Shown one piece after another: positions 36,544 to 45,043 of a stretch of DNA of 64,000 nucleotides (its first letter is position 1; each line of letters starts with the position of its first letter). The stretch comes from an uncultured virus (IMG/VR IMGVR_UViG_3300020469_000045). Lineage: Duplodnaviria; Heunggongvirae; Uroviricota; Caudoviricetes. The translations under genes were made by a program, and so were the position numbers. The stretch lies in IMG/VR virus record IMGVR_UViG_3300020469_000045; one strand, given 5' to 3'. The notes below the pieces were generated by a model. It saw only the letters and a list, made by a program, of their open reading frames with translations, did not search any database and was not told the DNA's origin.

Positions 36544-37492
36544 TGTCGCCTCCCATTAGTCCACCGAAGATAGAGTCGTTGAGACTTTTCTTCGCTGTAG
36601 TTATTTCTTCTTTCATAGACTCTCGGTTTTCAACCGCAAGGTCGTCCTTGCCTTTGAGAGACTCTATGCCGTTTGATACTTTGGTTAAGGTCGCAGTCAC
36701 TTGAGATATCACACCGGACAATTTCTTACTGTTAAGAAGCTTGTCATTGATACTCTGAGCATTTTCAACTTTAGCCTTGAGGTTATCAAAGACTGCACGT
36801 TTAAAGAACGACCCTTTGTTGCCTTCCTTTTCCATTGCAACTAAGACATTGTCTAGAGCCTCAGTCAGTCCGGCTATTTGCTCTTTGGCAATCATGTTGT
36901 GAGTATCTTTGAAATTACTCGCAACTTGACTCTCAATCATTGAACGTTGCTCGGCTGACAATTGAACTCTAGCGTCATTAGAAAATGACACAGACTCGAA
37001 GGCTCCAAACTGTATTTCAAATTTGCACTTCGCTCTGAAAGTTTCTACATCATCATAGTTATTGATGTCGAAAGCTTCGCCCAATTTCTTCTTAGCATTT
37101 TCAATATGCCAATCATAATTTGAACAAAACGAGTCAACTGCTTTTTCAAACATTGCCTTGTGTTGCTTGTAGAGTTTCTCTAACTGAGTCACTTTGTCGT
37201 TAGGAATAATTCTCCATTGTGAAGAGTTAGTATCTCCGTCCGACCAAGGATAAGACAACGGCTTAAACACAGTCGTCTCAAACGCTACAAAGTATTTCCT
37301 AAAATAGGAATTGATTTTCTCCGGAAACAAATAGTCCGAAGCTGTGTGCATAGAAGGGTCAGAGTCAAACAACTTTGCTAACTCCTTCTTGCTCCTAGGA
37401 TTGACCTTTTGGTCAGAGGGTAAACCTCTGCGAAAGACCACCTTAACAAACGAGTCTGAAAAGACAGACTCTAACGTTTTATTTTTATTCAT
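36536..37492 (-). CDS. Hypothetical helical protein (DUF3150-like) in the AAA/VWA cluster
   Basis: Lies between AAA ATPase and VWA genes; PWSD...RIIP...KLGEAFDINNY; SD GGAGGT. Confidence 0.6.
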   Translation of the reverse strand: MNKNKTLESVFSDSFVKVVFRRGLPSDQKVNPRSKKELAKLFDSDPSMHTASDYLFPEKINSYFRKYFVAFETTVFKPLSYPWSDGDTNSSQWRIIPNDKVTQLEKLYKQHKAMFEKAVDSFCSNYDWHIENAKKKLGEAFDINNYDDVETFRAKCKFEIQFGAFESVSFSNDARVQLSAEQRSMIESQVASNFKDTHNMIAKEQIAGLTEALDNVLVAMEKEGNKGSFFKRAVFDNLKAKVENAQSINDKLLNSKKLSGVISQVTATLTKVSNGIESLKGKDDLAVENRESMKEEITTAKKSLNDSIFGGLMGGDNE

Positions 37493-37519
37493 TTATACCT
37501 CCATGAAATAAAAAATTTA

Positions 37520-37579
37520 ATAAACTGATTTCATACTCTCGTAATCGTCAGACCGAGTCACACTCGATTATCAGTTTAT
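37520..37579 (-). ncRNA. Type III hammerhead ribozyme (HH-B)
   Basis: Minus: AUAAACUGA-UA|AUCGAG-UGUGA-CUCGGU-CUGACGA-UUAC-GAGA-GUAU-GAAA-UCAGUUUAU; predicted cut between 37569 and 37568. Confidence 0.88.
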
Positions 37580-37585
37580 GGCAGC

Positions 37586-37620
37586 GAGAGAAAATATCTT
37601 ACTAGTAAAATATTTCTCTC
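37586..37620. promoter_or_regulatory. Palindromic operator-like motif copy
   Basis: GAGAGAAAATATCTTACTAGTAAAATATTTCTCTC. Confidence 0.6.
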
Positions 37621-37640
37621 ACTTCCAAAAAAACCAAGAC

Positions 37641-38747
37641 CTACAGAATTAGGTTTTGATTATCCACACGGAATTGTCCGAACGCCTTGCTCTTCTCCAA
37701 CTCCGGTCTTGCTCCAACACAAGAGCGAACGAAGTAGATACCGAACTCAGCCGTTGGGAACTTCTCAACATACTTGAGAGCATTTTCCCAATAGGAAACC
37801 AAGTCCTTGTCCTTGCACTCAGACAAGACCTTAACGAGTCCACAGCAAGTCGCATATTGAAGACCAACTCCTTCCGGAACTTCCACGTCCTCGCCACTCA
37901 CAATGTCGTCAAGGGACGGAACATTTTGCATGAGGTTAACGAACGTTAAGAACTCAGCCGTACTCTCTGAGCCGATACAACCACTCATAAGCTTTCCGAA
38001 CATTGAGTTAGTCAAATCGTTCTCAAATCTTTGAACTATCGGACTAGCCATTGACCAAGTCCTTGAGGAACTCTGACTCTCTTTCAACTTAGGGTCAAAG
38101 TGATTTAAGAACTGAGGCTGATAGTTTATGAACGAAGTTATCAGAGGGTGTACATCATTCTTCGTTGCCCACGCTAACCAAGAATTAGTATCGCCTTCCA
38201 CGTGCATTTCTATCACTCTGTCTAACAAGTGAGAGAGGATAGAATTTGCTCCGGCTCTATCGGTCTGTCTATTACCGGCTAAAACAATTTTAAATCCGTC
38301 AGAGATTTTTGTTTCGCCAATAATCCTTTCACGCACACCACGTCCGGCAATCTTTTGCATTTCCGGAGTAGCTTGTGCGAACTCGTCAAGAAACAAAACT
38401 CCACTTCCTGAGATAGGCAAGTTTTGTAATTGAGCGAGTCTTTGTACCGGCTCTCCTTCGACCATGTCGACCACCGGAACACCTCTCGTGTCCTCCGGCT
38501 CCAAGTCTGCAATCCTCAAGTCAATGAGAGAGAACTCGTCCTCGCTCGGATTTATTTTTCCGTAGACAAGCTTTCGACCATTAGCGAGAGTCTTAGCATA
38601 TTGTTCGACTAGAGAGGACTTACCGATACCTACTCCACCGAGTAAGCAAGGAACTAAGTCCGTTCCGTCTGCACTAACCATTGGAGTAATTTCCAACATA
38701 CCTTCGATAGCTTCCGAAGGAGTATAAGTTTTATCTTTGGCACTCAT
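37641..38747 (-). CDS. AAA+ ATPase (MoxR/CobS-like)
   Basis: Walker A GGVGIGKS, Walker B LFLDE, IVLAGNR..DRAG, SSRTW. Confidence 0.9.
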   Translation of the reverse strand: MSAKDKTYTPSEAIEGMLEITPMVSADGTDLVPCLLGGVGIGKSSLVEQYAKTLANGRKLVYGKINPSEDEFSLIDLRIADLEPEDTRGVPVVDMVEGEPVQRLAQLQNLPISGSGVLFLDEFAQATPEMQKIAGRGVRERIIGETKISDGFKIVLAGNRQTDRAGANSILSHLLDRVIEMHVEGDTNSWLAWATKNDVHPLITSFINYQPQFLNHFDPKLKESQSSSRTWSMASPIVQRFENDLTNSMFGKLMSGCIGSESTAEFLTFVNLMQNVPSLDDIVSGEDVEVPEGVGLQYATCCGLVKVLSECKDKDLVSYWENALKYVEKFPTAEFGIYFVRSCVGARPELEKSKAFGQFRVDNQNLIL

Positions 38748-38872
38748 TAGTACACCTCCTTAGATACGAGAATTTCATTGTCGAACTTCTCAAATTTAAA
38801 TTTCGCAATAGGTTTCTTTCTACTACGTCTGTTCAGTTTAGAGACATGAACGTCTGTCATTTGTATTTTCAT
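38747..38872 (-). CDS. Small basic protein (41 aa), first gene of the leftward operon
   Basis: MKIQMTDVHVSKLNRRSRKKPIAKFKFEKFDNEILVSKEVY*; SD AGGAGG; TAATG coupling to the ATPase. Confidence 0.75.
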   Translation of the reverse strand: MKIQMTDVHVSKLNRRSRKKPIAKFKFEKFDNEILVSKEVY

Positions 38873-38900
38873 ATTTCCTCCTAAGAAATATATTAAGTTA

Positions 38901-38949
38901 ACTGTTTCTGCTTTCGCTTCCTCAGACTAGGCACACACCTAGTGACAGT
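38901..38949 (-). ncRNA. Type III hammerhead ribozyme (HH-A)
   Basis: Minus: ACUG-UC|ACUAGG-UGUGUG-CCUAGU-CUGAGGA-AGC-GAAA-GCA-GAAA-CAGU; GUC triplet; predicted cut between 38944 and 38943. Confidence 0.85.
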
Positions 38950-39374
38950 AAGAAATTCGAAAGGGATAACAAAACGCTATCCCTCTCAAATAATTTGGTT
39001 AGGAATTTCTGTCGCAAAGAAAATTATTTAGGGTCTGTTTATTTAACATCAAGACTCGGTCTCGTTGGAGCAATTGCTGTCACTTTGCTTTCGAGACCTA
39101 CTGCTTTCGTATCTGTTTCAATACTCCATATAGCATTTAGGTAAGGGTGTTTGAGGTACGGCTAAAATTGTTCCACCAATTTATCATCACGACCTGACCT
39201 AGTTTTTGGGTAATAAAGAATACTAGGACGACCTCCACGGAGTCTGTACGAATAGACTACCGATAAAAATTAAAACTACTTTTCTATAGACACCTCCTCA
39301 AAAATTATGACGAGTTTGAGCCTCAAGTCCTTGCTTGATTTTTGGGTACAGAAAAACGTCATTGCCATAAGAGG

Positions 39375-39383
39375 ATTATAGCA
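39375..39383 (-). promoter_or_regulatory. Extended -10 promoter for the leftward operon
   Basis: TGCTATAAT on the minus strand; predicted +1 ~39368. Confidence 0.55.
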
Positions 39384-39438
39384 AAATGTACCCTTAAATA
39401 TACCTCTATTTAGCTATCAGTCTGTGGTCATTACGTGG

Positions 39439-39464
39439 GAAAAGGTTTACCGGTAAAATGTTTT
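39439..39464. promoter_or_regulatory. Palindromic operator-like motif copy at the terS start
   Basis: GAAAAGGTTTACCGGTAAAATGTTTT. Confidence 0.5.
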
Positions 39465-39970
39465 GTATGAGTGATGAGAAAAAACCCAACCTAAAAATAG
39501 TCGGCACGAAACCGAAACCAGAAACAGACCTTACTCCTAAACAGAGAGCCTTCATTGAAGAGATAGTAAAAGGTAAAACAACTTACAAAGAAGCATACGC
39601 AAAAGTCTATGACGTGAAGTTAAACAAGAACGGCTCCATTCCTAAATGGGTAAATGTAGAAGCTTCCAAGATGTTAGCTAACCCTAAGATTTCCCTAAGC
39701 ATACAACGTGCTATCAGTAAGCGAGAGGAGGGAGTAGTAGCTTCCTCTATCCGTACGAGGAGTTATGTTTTAGAAAGGCTCCATGCAGAGAGTCGAGGAG
39801 ACAACGAGGATTCTACTCCGGCAAGTAGGGTTAGGTCTTTGGAACTACTAGGAAAAACTTCCGGTATGTTTACCGATACAGTCGAAGTAAAAGAACAGAG
39901 AGACTCCTCAACAATTGAGGCAGAGATACTTAGACTGCTAGAGAACGAAGCAGTAGACGACCACCACTAA
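39458..39970 (+). CDS. terS: Terminase small subunit
   Basis: LTPKQRAFIEEI..YKEAY..ASKMLANPKI...RVRSLELLGKTSGMF; upstream of terL; likely start 39467. Confidence 0.85.
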   Translation: MFCMSDEKKPNLKIVGTKPKPETDLTPKQRAFIEEIVKGKTTYKEAYAKVYDVKLNKNGSIPKWVNVEASKMLANPKISLSIQRAISKREEGVVASSIRTRSYVLERLHAESRGDNEDSTPASRVRSLELLGKTSGMFTDTVEVKEQRDSSTIEAEILRLLENEAVDDHH

Positions 39971-40288
39971 TAAGAGATAGCACTAGGCTATCATCATCTG
40001 AATTCTCAGATCATATTGAATTATGCTTTGCCCAGTAATTGGGAAAGATAGGTACCACTTGAGCAAAATCAAAGTGAGAAATCTAGGCGACCCACACCCC
40101 CATTGAGTAATTGGCAACTTGCTTGTCACTCTATACATAGTGATTCACTCATTCGATACCCAACTTTGGTATACCCCCCCCTATTATATAGCAAAGTGAT
40201 AGCTTTTTTTGTTTGATATATATAATCGAATGTGGATAAAGGGTAGGAGTCCCATACCCCCCATAGTATATTTTTTTTTAATAAGTTA

Positions 40289-40317
40289 TTGCGTTGAATG
40301 TGAAGAGGGTATATTAT
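40289..40317 (+). promoter_or_regulatory. Sigma70-like promoter upstream of terL
   Basis: TTGCGT-17 bp-TATTAT. Confidence 0.5.
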
Positions 40318-40324
40318 GTTAAAG

Positions 40325-40420
40325 TCTAGCAGTAGATATACCTCCTATATAGTATATACCTAGTGGTATATATACCCATTAAGTTTTTTTAATAAGTAGA
40401 TACTTACCTAGTAGATACTA
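40325..40420. repeat. AGTAGATA/AGTATATAC repeat cluster; candidate packaging or origin site
   Basis: cagtagatatacct, agtatatacctagt, ggtatatatacc, agtagatact x2 between terS and terL. Confidence 0.45.
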
Positions 40421-40424
40421 TGGA

Positions 40425-41921
40425 TTGTTTATGAATATATTAAATCAAGTGAAGAATTTAGACTCTGATAGTAAGTTAGAGCTTCTTGATTTGCTTGAGG
40501 AGTTAGAGTCTGCGAAGAAACGTGAGCTATCTCAAAACAATTTTATGAATTTTGTTGGAGAGATGTGGTCAGCGTTTATTCATGGTAAACATCACGAGAT
40601 AATGGCTGAAGCGTTCGAGAAGGTCGCTAGAGGCGATTTAAAGCGTTTAATTGTTAATATGCCTCCTAGACACACCAAGAGTGAGTTTGCGTCTTATCTG
40701 CTCCCTGCGTGGTTTCTAGGGCAATATCCTGATAAGAAGATAATCCAGACTGCCCATACTGCAGAGTTAGCTGTCGGTTTTGGTAGGAAGGTAAGAAACC
40801 TAGTTAACAGTAAAGACTATAAAGCTATCTACCCTGATATCAGTTTGCAATCAGATAGTAAAGCTGCCGGACGTTGGAATACCAATAAGGGTGGCGAATA
40901 CTTTGCGATAGGTGTTGGTGGTGCTGTAACCGGTAAAGGTGCAGACCTATTGATTATTGATGACCCACACTCTGAACAAGAAGGTGCGAGTGGCGATGTT
41001 AATGTTTTTAATCGTACCTATGAGTGGTATACCTCAGGACCAAGACAACGTTTGCAACCGAATGGCTCAATCATTATGGTAATGACAAGATGGCATCAAA
41101 GGGATTTAACCGGTCAAGTTGTTGACGCAAGTATTAAACGTGGTGGTGCAGACCAATGGGAAGTAATAGAACTCCCTGCTATCTTGCCTTCAGGTAATCC
41201 ATTATGGGAAGAGTTTTGGTCATTAGAAGAATTATCTGCTTTAAAAGCAGAGTTACCTAATAGCAAATGGCAATCACAATACCAACAAGACCCTACCTCC
41301 GAAGAAGGAGCTTTGATAAAAAGGGAATGGTGGAATGTGTGGGAAGGTAGAAATCCACCGGATTGCGAGTTTATTATTCAGTCTTGGGATACAGCTTTTA
41401 TGAAAAATCAAAGAGCTGACTTCTCTGCCTGTACTACTTGGGGTGTTTTCTACAACGAAGATGATGAAGGTAAGTTTGTACCTAATCTTATTTTGTTAGA
41501 CGCTTACCAAGAAAGATTAGAGTTTCCTGAGTTGAAACGAAAGGCTCAAGATAAATACAATGAATATAAACCTGATGCTTTTATAGTTGAGGCTAAGGCT
41601 GCAGGTATGCCTCTGATATTTGAGCTACGTGCTATAGGTATTCCGGTACAAGAATACACACCTAGCAGAGGTAATGATAAGATTTCAAGAGTAAATGCTG
41701 TTTCAGATTTATTCAGTTCTGGTGTAGTATGGTGTCCTGAAACAAGGTGGGGAGAAGAAGTGATAGAACAATTCGCAGGGTTTCCTAATATGGAACATGA
41801 TGATTTAGTTGATAGCAGTACACAAGCATTACTAAGATTTAGACAAGGTGGGTTTATTCCTTTAGAGAGTGACGAGGAAGATGAGCCTTTAGAACATAAT
41901 AAAGTCGCAGACTATTACTGA
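40425..41921 (+). CDS. terL: Terminase large subunit
   Basis: MPPRHTKS Walker A, GADLLIIDDP, MTRW, QSWDTA, HDDLVDS. Confidence 0.95.
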   Translation: MFMNILNQVKNLDSDSKLELLDLLEELESAKKRELSQNNFMNFVGEMWSAFIHGKHHEIMAEAFEKVARGDLKRLIVNMPPRHTKSEFASYLLPAWFLGQYPDKKIIQTAHTAELAVGFGRKVRNLVNSKDYKAIYPDISLQSDSKAAGRWNTNKGGEYFAIGVGGAVTGKGADLLIIDDPHSEQEGASGDVNVFNRTYEWYTSGPRQRLQPNGSIIMVMTRWHQRDLTGQVVDASIKRGGADQWEVIELPAILPSGNPLWEEFWSLEELSALKAELPNSKWQSQYQQDPTSEEGALIKREWWNVWEGRNPPDCEFIIQSWDTAFMKNQRADFSACTTWGVFYNEDDEGKFVPNLILLDAYQERLEFPELKRKAQDKYNEYKPDAFIVEAKAAGMPLIFELRAIGIPVQEYTPSRGNDKISRVNAVSDLFSSGVVWCPETRWGEEVIEQFAGFPNMEHDDLVDSSTQALLRFRQGGFIPLESDEEDEPLEHNKVADYY

Positions 41922-41929
41922 GGTATTAA

Positions 41930-44410
41930 GTGGCAATAGAAAGAAACACTCCGGCTACTCCTATCGAGGGTACGGACGCACTTCCAGAACAAGAAGAATT
42001 ATCAATCTCCATAGATAATCCTGACTCCGTAGCAATAGCTACGGAAGATGGAGGAATGATTATTGATTTTGACCCTGAGTCTGAAAACTCAATTGAATCT
42101 GGTTTCAATTCAAACCTTGCAGACTTAATGTCTGAAGATGACTTAAATGTTTTAGGTGGTGATTTGATTTCCCAATATCAAGCAGACAAAGACTCACGTT
42201 CTGATTGGGAAGAAACTTATGTTAAAGGTTTAGACCAATTAGGTTTGAAGATAGAGGAAAGAACTACACCATGGGCAGGAGCTTGTGGAGTATTTCACCC
42301 TATGCTAAGTGAAGCAGTAATAAGGTTTCAATCGCAATCTATTGCTGAAATGTTTCCGGCACAAGGACCTGTAAGAACAAAGATTGTTGGAAAGATGACA
42401 GAAGATAAAACCAAACAAGCAGGTCGAGTACAAGATTATCTGAACTTCTTGTTGACATACCAGATGTCAGAATACAGGACAGAAACAGAAAAGATGTTAT
42501 TCTCTTTGCCACTTGCCGGTTCTGCTTTTAGAAAAGTTTATTATGACCCGAACTTAGAAAGACCTGCTTCTTTATTTGTTCCGGCTGAAGATGTGGTAGT
42601 TAATTATGGAGCAAGTGATTTAGAAACTTGTCAACGTGCAACTCATGTAATGCACAAGTCTACAAATGAAATTAGAAAAAATCAGGTTGCAGGATTTTAT
42701 CGTGACATAGATATACCTGAGCCGTCTGATAATCAATCCGATATACGCAAGAAGTATGACGAGATGACAGGCGAGAGTAATACTTACAACTTTGATGATA
42801 GGCATACTCTTTTAGAAATGCAGGTAGACCTTGATTTAGAAGGGTTTGAAGACATGGCTAATGGTGAAAAGACCGGAATAGCTTTGCCTTATGTGGTCAC
42901 AATAGATTTTCCAAGTGGAACAATACTTAGCATCAGAAGAAACTATTACGAGAATGACCCTAAGAAACTAAGACGTATGCACTTCGTACACTACCAATAC
43001 TTGCCGGGTCTAGGGTTTTATGGCTTTGGTTTGATACACATGGTTGGTGGTTTAGCTAAGTCAGCAACTTCAATACTAAGACAATTAGTTGATGCCGGTA
43101 CTTTATCTAACTTGCCGGGTGGTCTGAAAGCTAGAGGCTTAAGAGTTAAAGGAGATGATACTCCTATCATGCCCGGAGAGTTTAGAGATGTTGATGTTCC
43201 CGGTGGTGCGATTAGAGATAACATTACTTTCTTACCATACAAAGAGCCTTCTCAAACGCTATATCAATTACTACAGAATATAGTTGAAGAAGGCAGAAGG
43301 TTTGCAAGTATGAATGATATGAAAGTATCTGACATGAATAATCAAGCTCCGGTTGGAACTACTTTAGCTTTGTTAGAAAGAAACATGAAAGTTATGTCAG
43401 CAGTACAAGCAAGACTTCATGCTTCCATGAGAAAAGAATTTGAAATTTTAGTTGGCATTGTAAAAGACTTTACCGAGCCTTCGTACCCATATGAAATGGA
43501 CGAAGAAGAATTTATAAAGGTTGAAGACTTTGATGAAAGAATAGATGTATTGCCGGTTTCTGACCCTAATGCTTCAACTATGGCACAAAGAATTATGCAG
43601 TATCAAGCTGCAATGCAGTTAGCTACTACAGCTCCACAAATTTATAATATGCCTGAGCTACATAGACAAATGCTCGAAACACTTGGCATAAGAAATGTAG
43701 AAGATATTATTCCTGATACAGATGATATAAAACCTGTAGACCCTGTGACTGCAGTACAGAATTTAATTAATGGTCAGCCGGTCAAAGCATTTCCATTTCA
43801 AGACCATGAAGCTCATATTGAAACTATTGTTGCAGCTCAACAAAACCCTGAGGTTGCTGCAAGTATTGAGCAAAGTCCTAATGCACAAAGTATTGTGGCT
43901 AATGCTTCAGCATATGTTAATCAGCATTTAACTATGAAGTTTAGAAAACAAGTAGAAAGAGAAATGGGTATTGAGCTACCACCAGAAGGTCAGCCTATTC
44001 CACCAGATGTTGAAAAGCGTATATCTGAATTAGTAGCCGAAGCTGCACAAAGAGTTGCAATAACTTCTCAGGCTAAAGAGCAACAAGAAAGAATTGCACA
44101 GCAACAGCAAGACCCATTACTGCAAATGAAAGATAGAGAGATTGCAATTAAAGAAGCTGAAGTACAAAGAAAGATTGCAGAGAGTTCTGCAAGACTACAA
44201 CTTGATTCAGAGAAAGCAATAAACAGAGATGAAATTGAAAGAGAAAGAATACAATCTCAAGAACAAATAGCAGGAGCTAAATTAGGACAGCAAGTTGCTA
44301 GTGATTTGCTAGATGTTGAAGAAAGCAGAAAGGCAGAGGCAAGAGAAGATTTCCAAAAAGGTATTGACATAGCTAGACAAATAGTCGAAGATGTCAATAA
44401 GAATGAGTAA
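41930..44410 (+). CDS. Portal protein
   Basis: 826 aa directly after terL; PWAGACGVFHPMLSEAVIRFQ, GSAFRKVYYD, YGFGL. Confidence 0.9.
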   Translation: MAIERNTPATPIEGTDALPEQEELSISIDNPDSVAIATEDGGMIIDFDPESENSIESGFNSNLADLMSEDDLNVLGGDLISQYQADKDSRSDWEETYVKGLDQLGLKIEERTTPWAGACGVFHPMLSEAVIRFQSQSIAEMFPAQGPVRTKIVGKMTEDKTKQAGRVQDYLNFLLTYQMSEYRTETEKMLFSLPLAGSAFRKVYYDPNLERPASLFVPAEDVVVNYGASDLETCQRATHVMHKSTNEIRKNQVAGFYRDIDIPEPSDNQSDIRKKYDEMTGESNTYNFDDRHTLLEMQVDLDLEGFEDMANGEKTGIALPYVVTIDFPSGTILSIRRNYYENDPKKLRRMHFVHYQYLPGLGFYGFGLIHMVGGLAKSATSILRQLVDAGTLSNLPGGLKARGLRVKGDDTPIMPGEFRDVDVPGGAIRDNITFLPYKEPSQTLYQLLQNIVEEGRRFASMNDMKVSDMNNQAPVGTTLALLERNMKVMSAVQARLHASMRKEFEILVGIVKDFTEPSYPYEMDEEEFIKVEDFDERIDVLPVSDPNASTMAQRIMQYQAAMQLATTAPQIYNMPELHRQMLETLGIRNVEDIIPDTDDIKPVDPVTAVQNLINGQPVKAFPFQDHEAHIETIVAAQQNPEVAASIEQSPNAQSIVANASAYVNQHLTMKFRKQVEREMGIELPPEGQPIPPDVEKRISELVAEAAQRVAITSQAKEQQERIAQQQQDPLLQMKDREIAIKEAEVQRKIAESSARLQLDSEKAINRDEIERERIQSQEQIAGAKLGQQVASDLLDVEESRKAEAREDFQKGIDIARQIVEDVNKNE

Positions 44411-44609
44411 TGATGTCAAAGAGCAATCACTTTCACAGTTTTTAAAGAGAAGGCTAAATGATATCGTTAGGGAGCATGAACAACATATAGCAACAGGCAA
44501 TCTAAAAGATTATCCTGACTATAAAAGATTATGTGGAATTATCGAGGGGTTATCCCTCGCAGAGCGTGAGATGTCGGATTGGAAGAAAAGACATGAAGAA
44601 CGTGAATAG
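44403..44609 (+). CDS. Hypothetical protein after portal
   Basis: DYPDYKRLCGIIEGL helical motif. Confidence 0.7.
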   Translation: MSNDVKEQSLSQFLKRRLNDIVREHEQHIATGNLKDYPDYKRLCGIIEGLSLAEREMSDWKKRHEERE

Positions 44610-44638
44610 GTACTCGACTCCTAAAGTCGTGCAAATAT

Positions 44639-45043
44639 ATGAGTGAAGTAAAACTAGAAAATATCCCAGACCCAGAGAGTGTAAAAGCTCCACCCGTAAA
44701 TGAAGATGTTAAGACACAGCTACCTGACCCTAAAGGTTGGAAGATATTAGTAGCTATGCCACAAGCAGATGAAAAGACGGAAGGTGGTATTATCAAAGCC
44801 TCACAAACAATCAAAGACGAAGAAGTATCTAATATATGTGGATATGTCTTAAAGATTGGACCTGAAGCTTATAAAGATGAACAAAGATTTCCTTCAGGAC
44901 CTTGGTGTCAAAAAGGAGATTGGGTAATCTTTAGAGCCTACTCAGGTACTCGTATGGTCATGTATGGACAAGAGTTTCGTTTAATTAATGACGATACTGT
45001 GGAAGCAGTCGTTGATGACCCAACAGGAGTAGTAAGAGCATGA
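44639..45043 (+). CDS. groES: Co-chaperonin GroES-like
   Basis: PKGWKILV...EKTEGGII...VLKIGPEAY...GDWVIF..YSG...LINDD. Confidence 0.85.
   Translation: MSEVKLENIPDPESVKAPPVNEDVKTQLPDPKGWKILVAMPQADEKTEGGIIKASQTIKDEEVSNICGYVLKIGPEAYKDEQRFPSGPWCQKGDWVIFRAYSGTRMVMYGQEFRLINDDTVEAVVDDPTGVVRA

Noticed and set aside
34915..37579. Near-identical ~58-bp intergenic repeats considered as CRISPR repeats, REP/MITE elements or att sites
   Set aside because: They are kilobases apart with no spacer periodicity or cas genes, and their differences are compensatory within a hammerhead fold
23567..40424. Integrase, DNA polymerase, RNA polymerase or tRNA genes
   Set aside because: No ORF with the catalytic motifs and no cloverleaf was recognised by eye; prophage status is therefore unsupported
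44605..44630. Possible pseudoknot upstream of groES (TAGG with the CCTA loop of CGACT/AGTCG)
   Set aside because: Only 4 bp with a 1-nt connecting loop; could be chance
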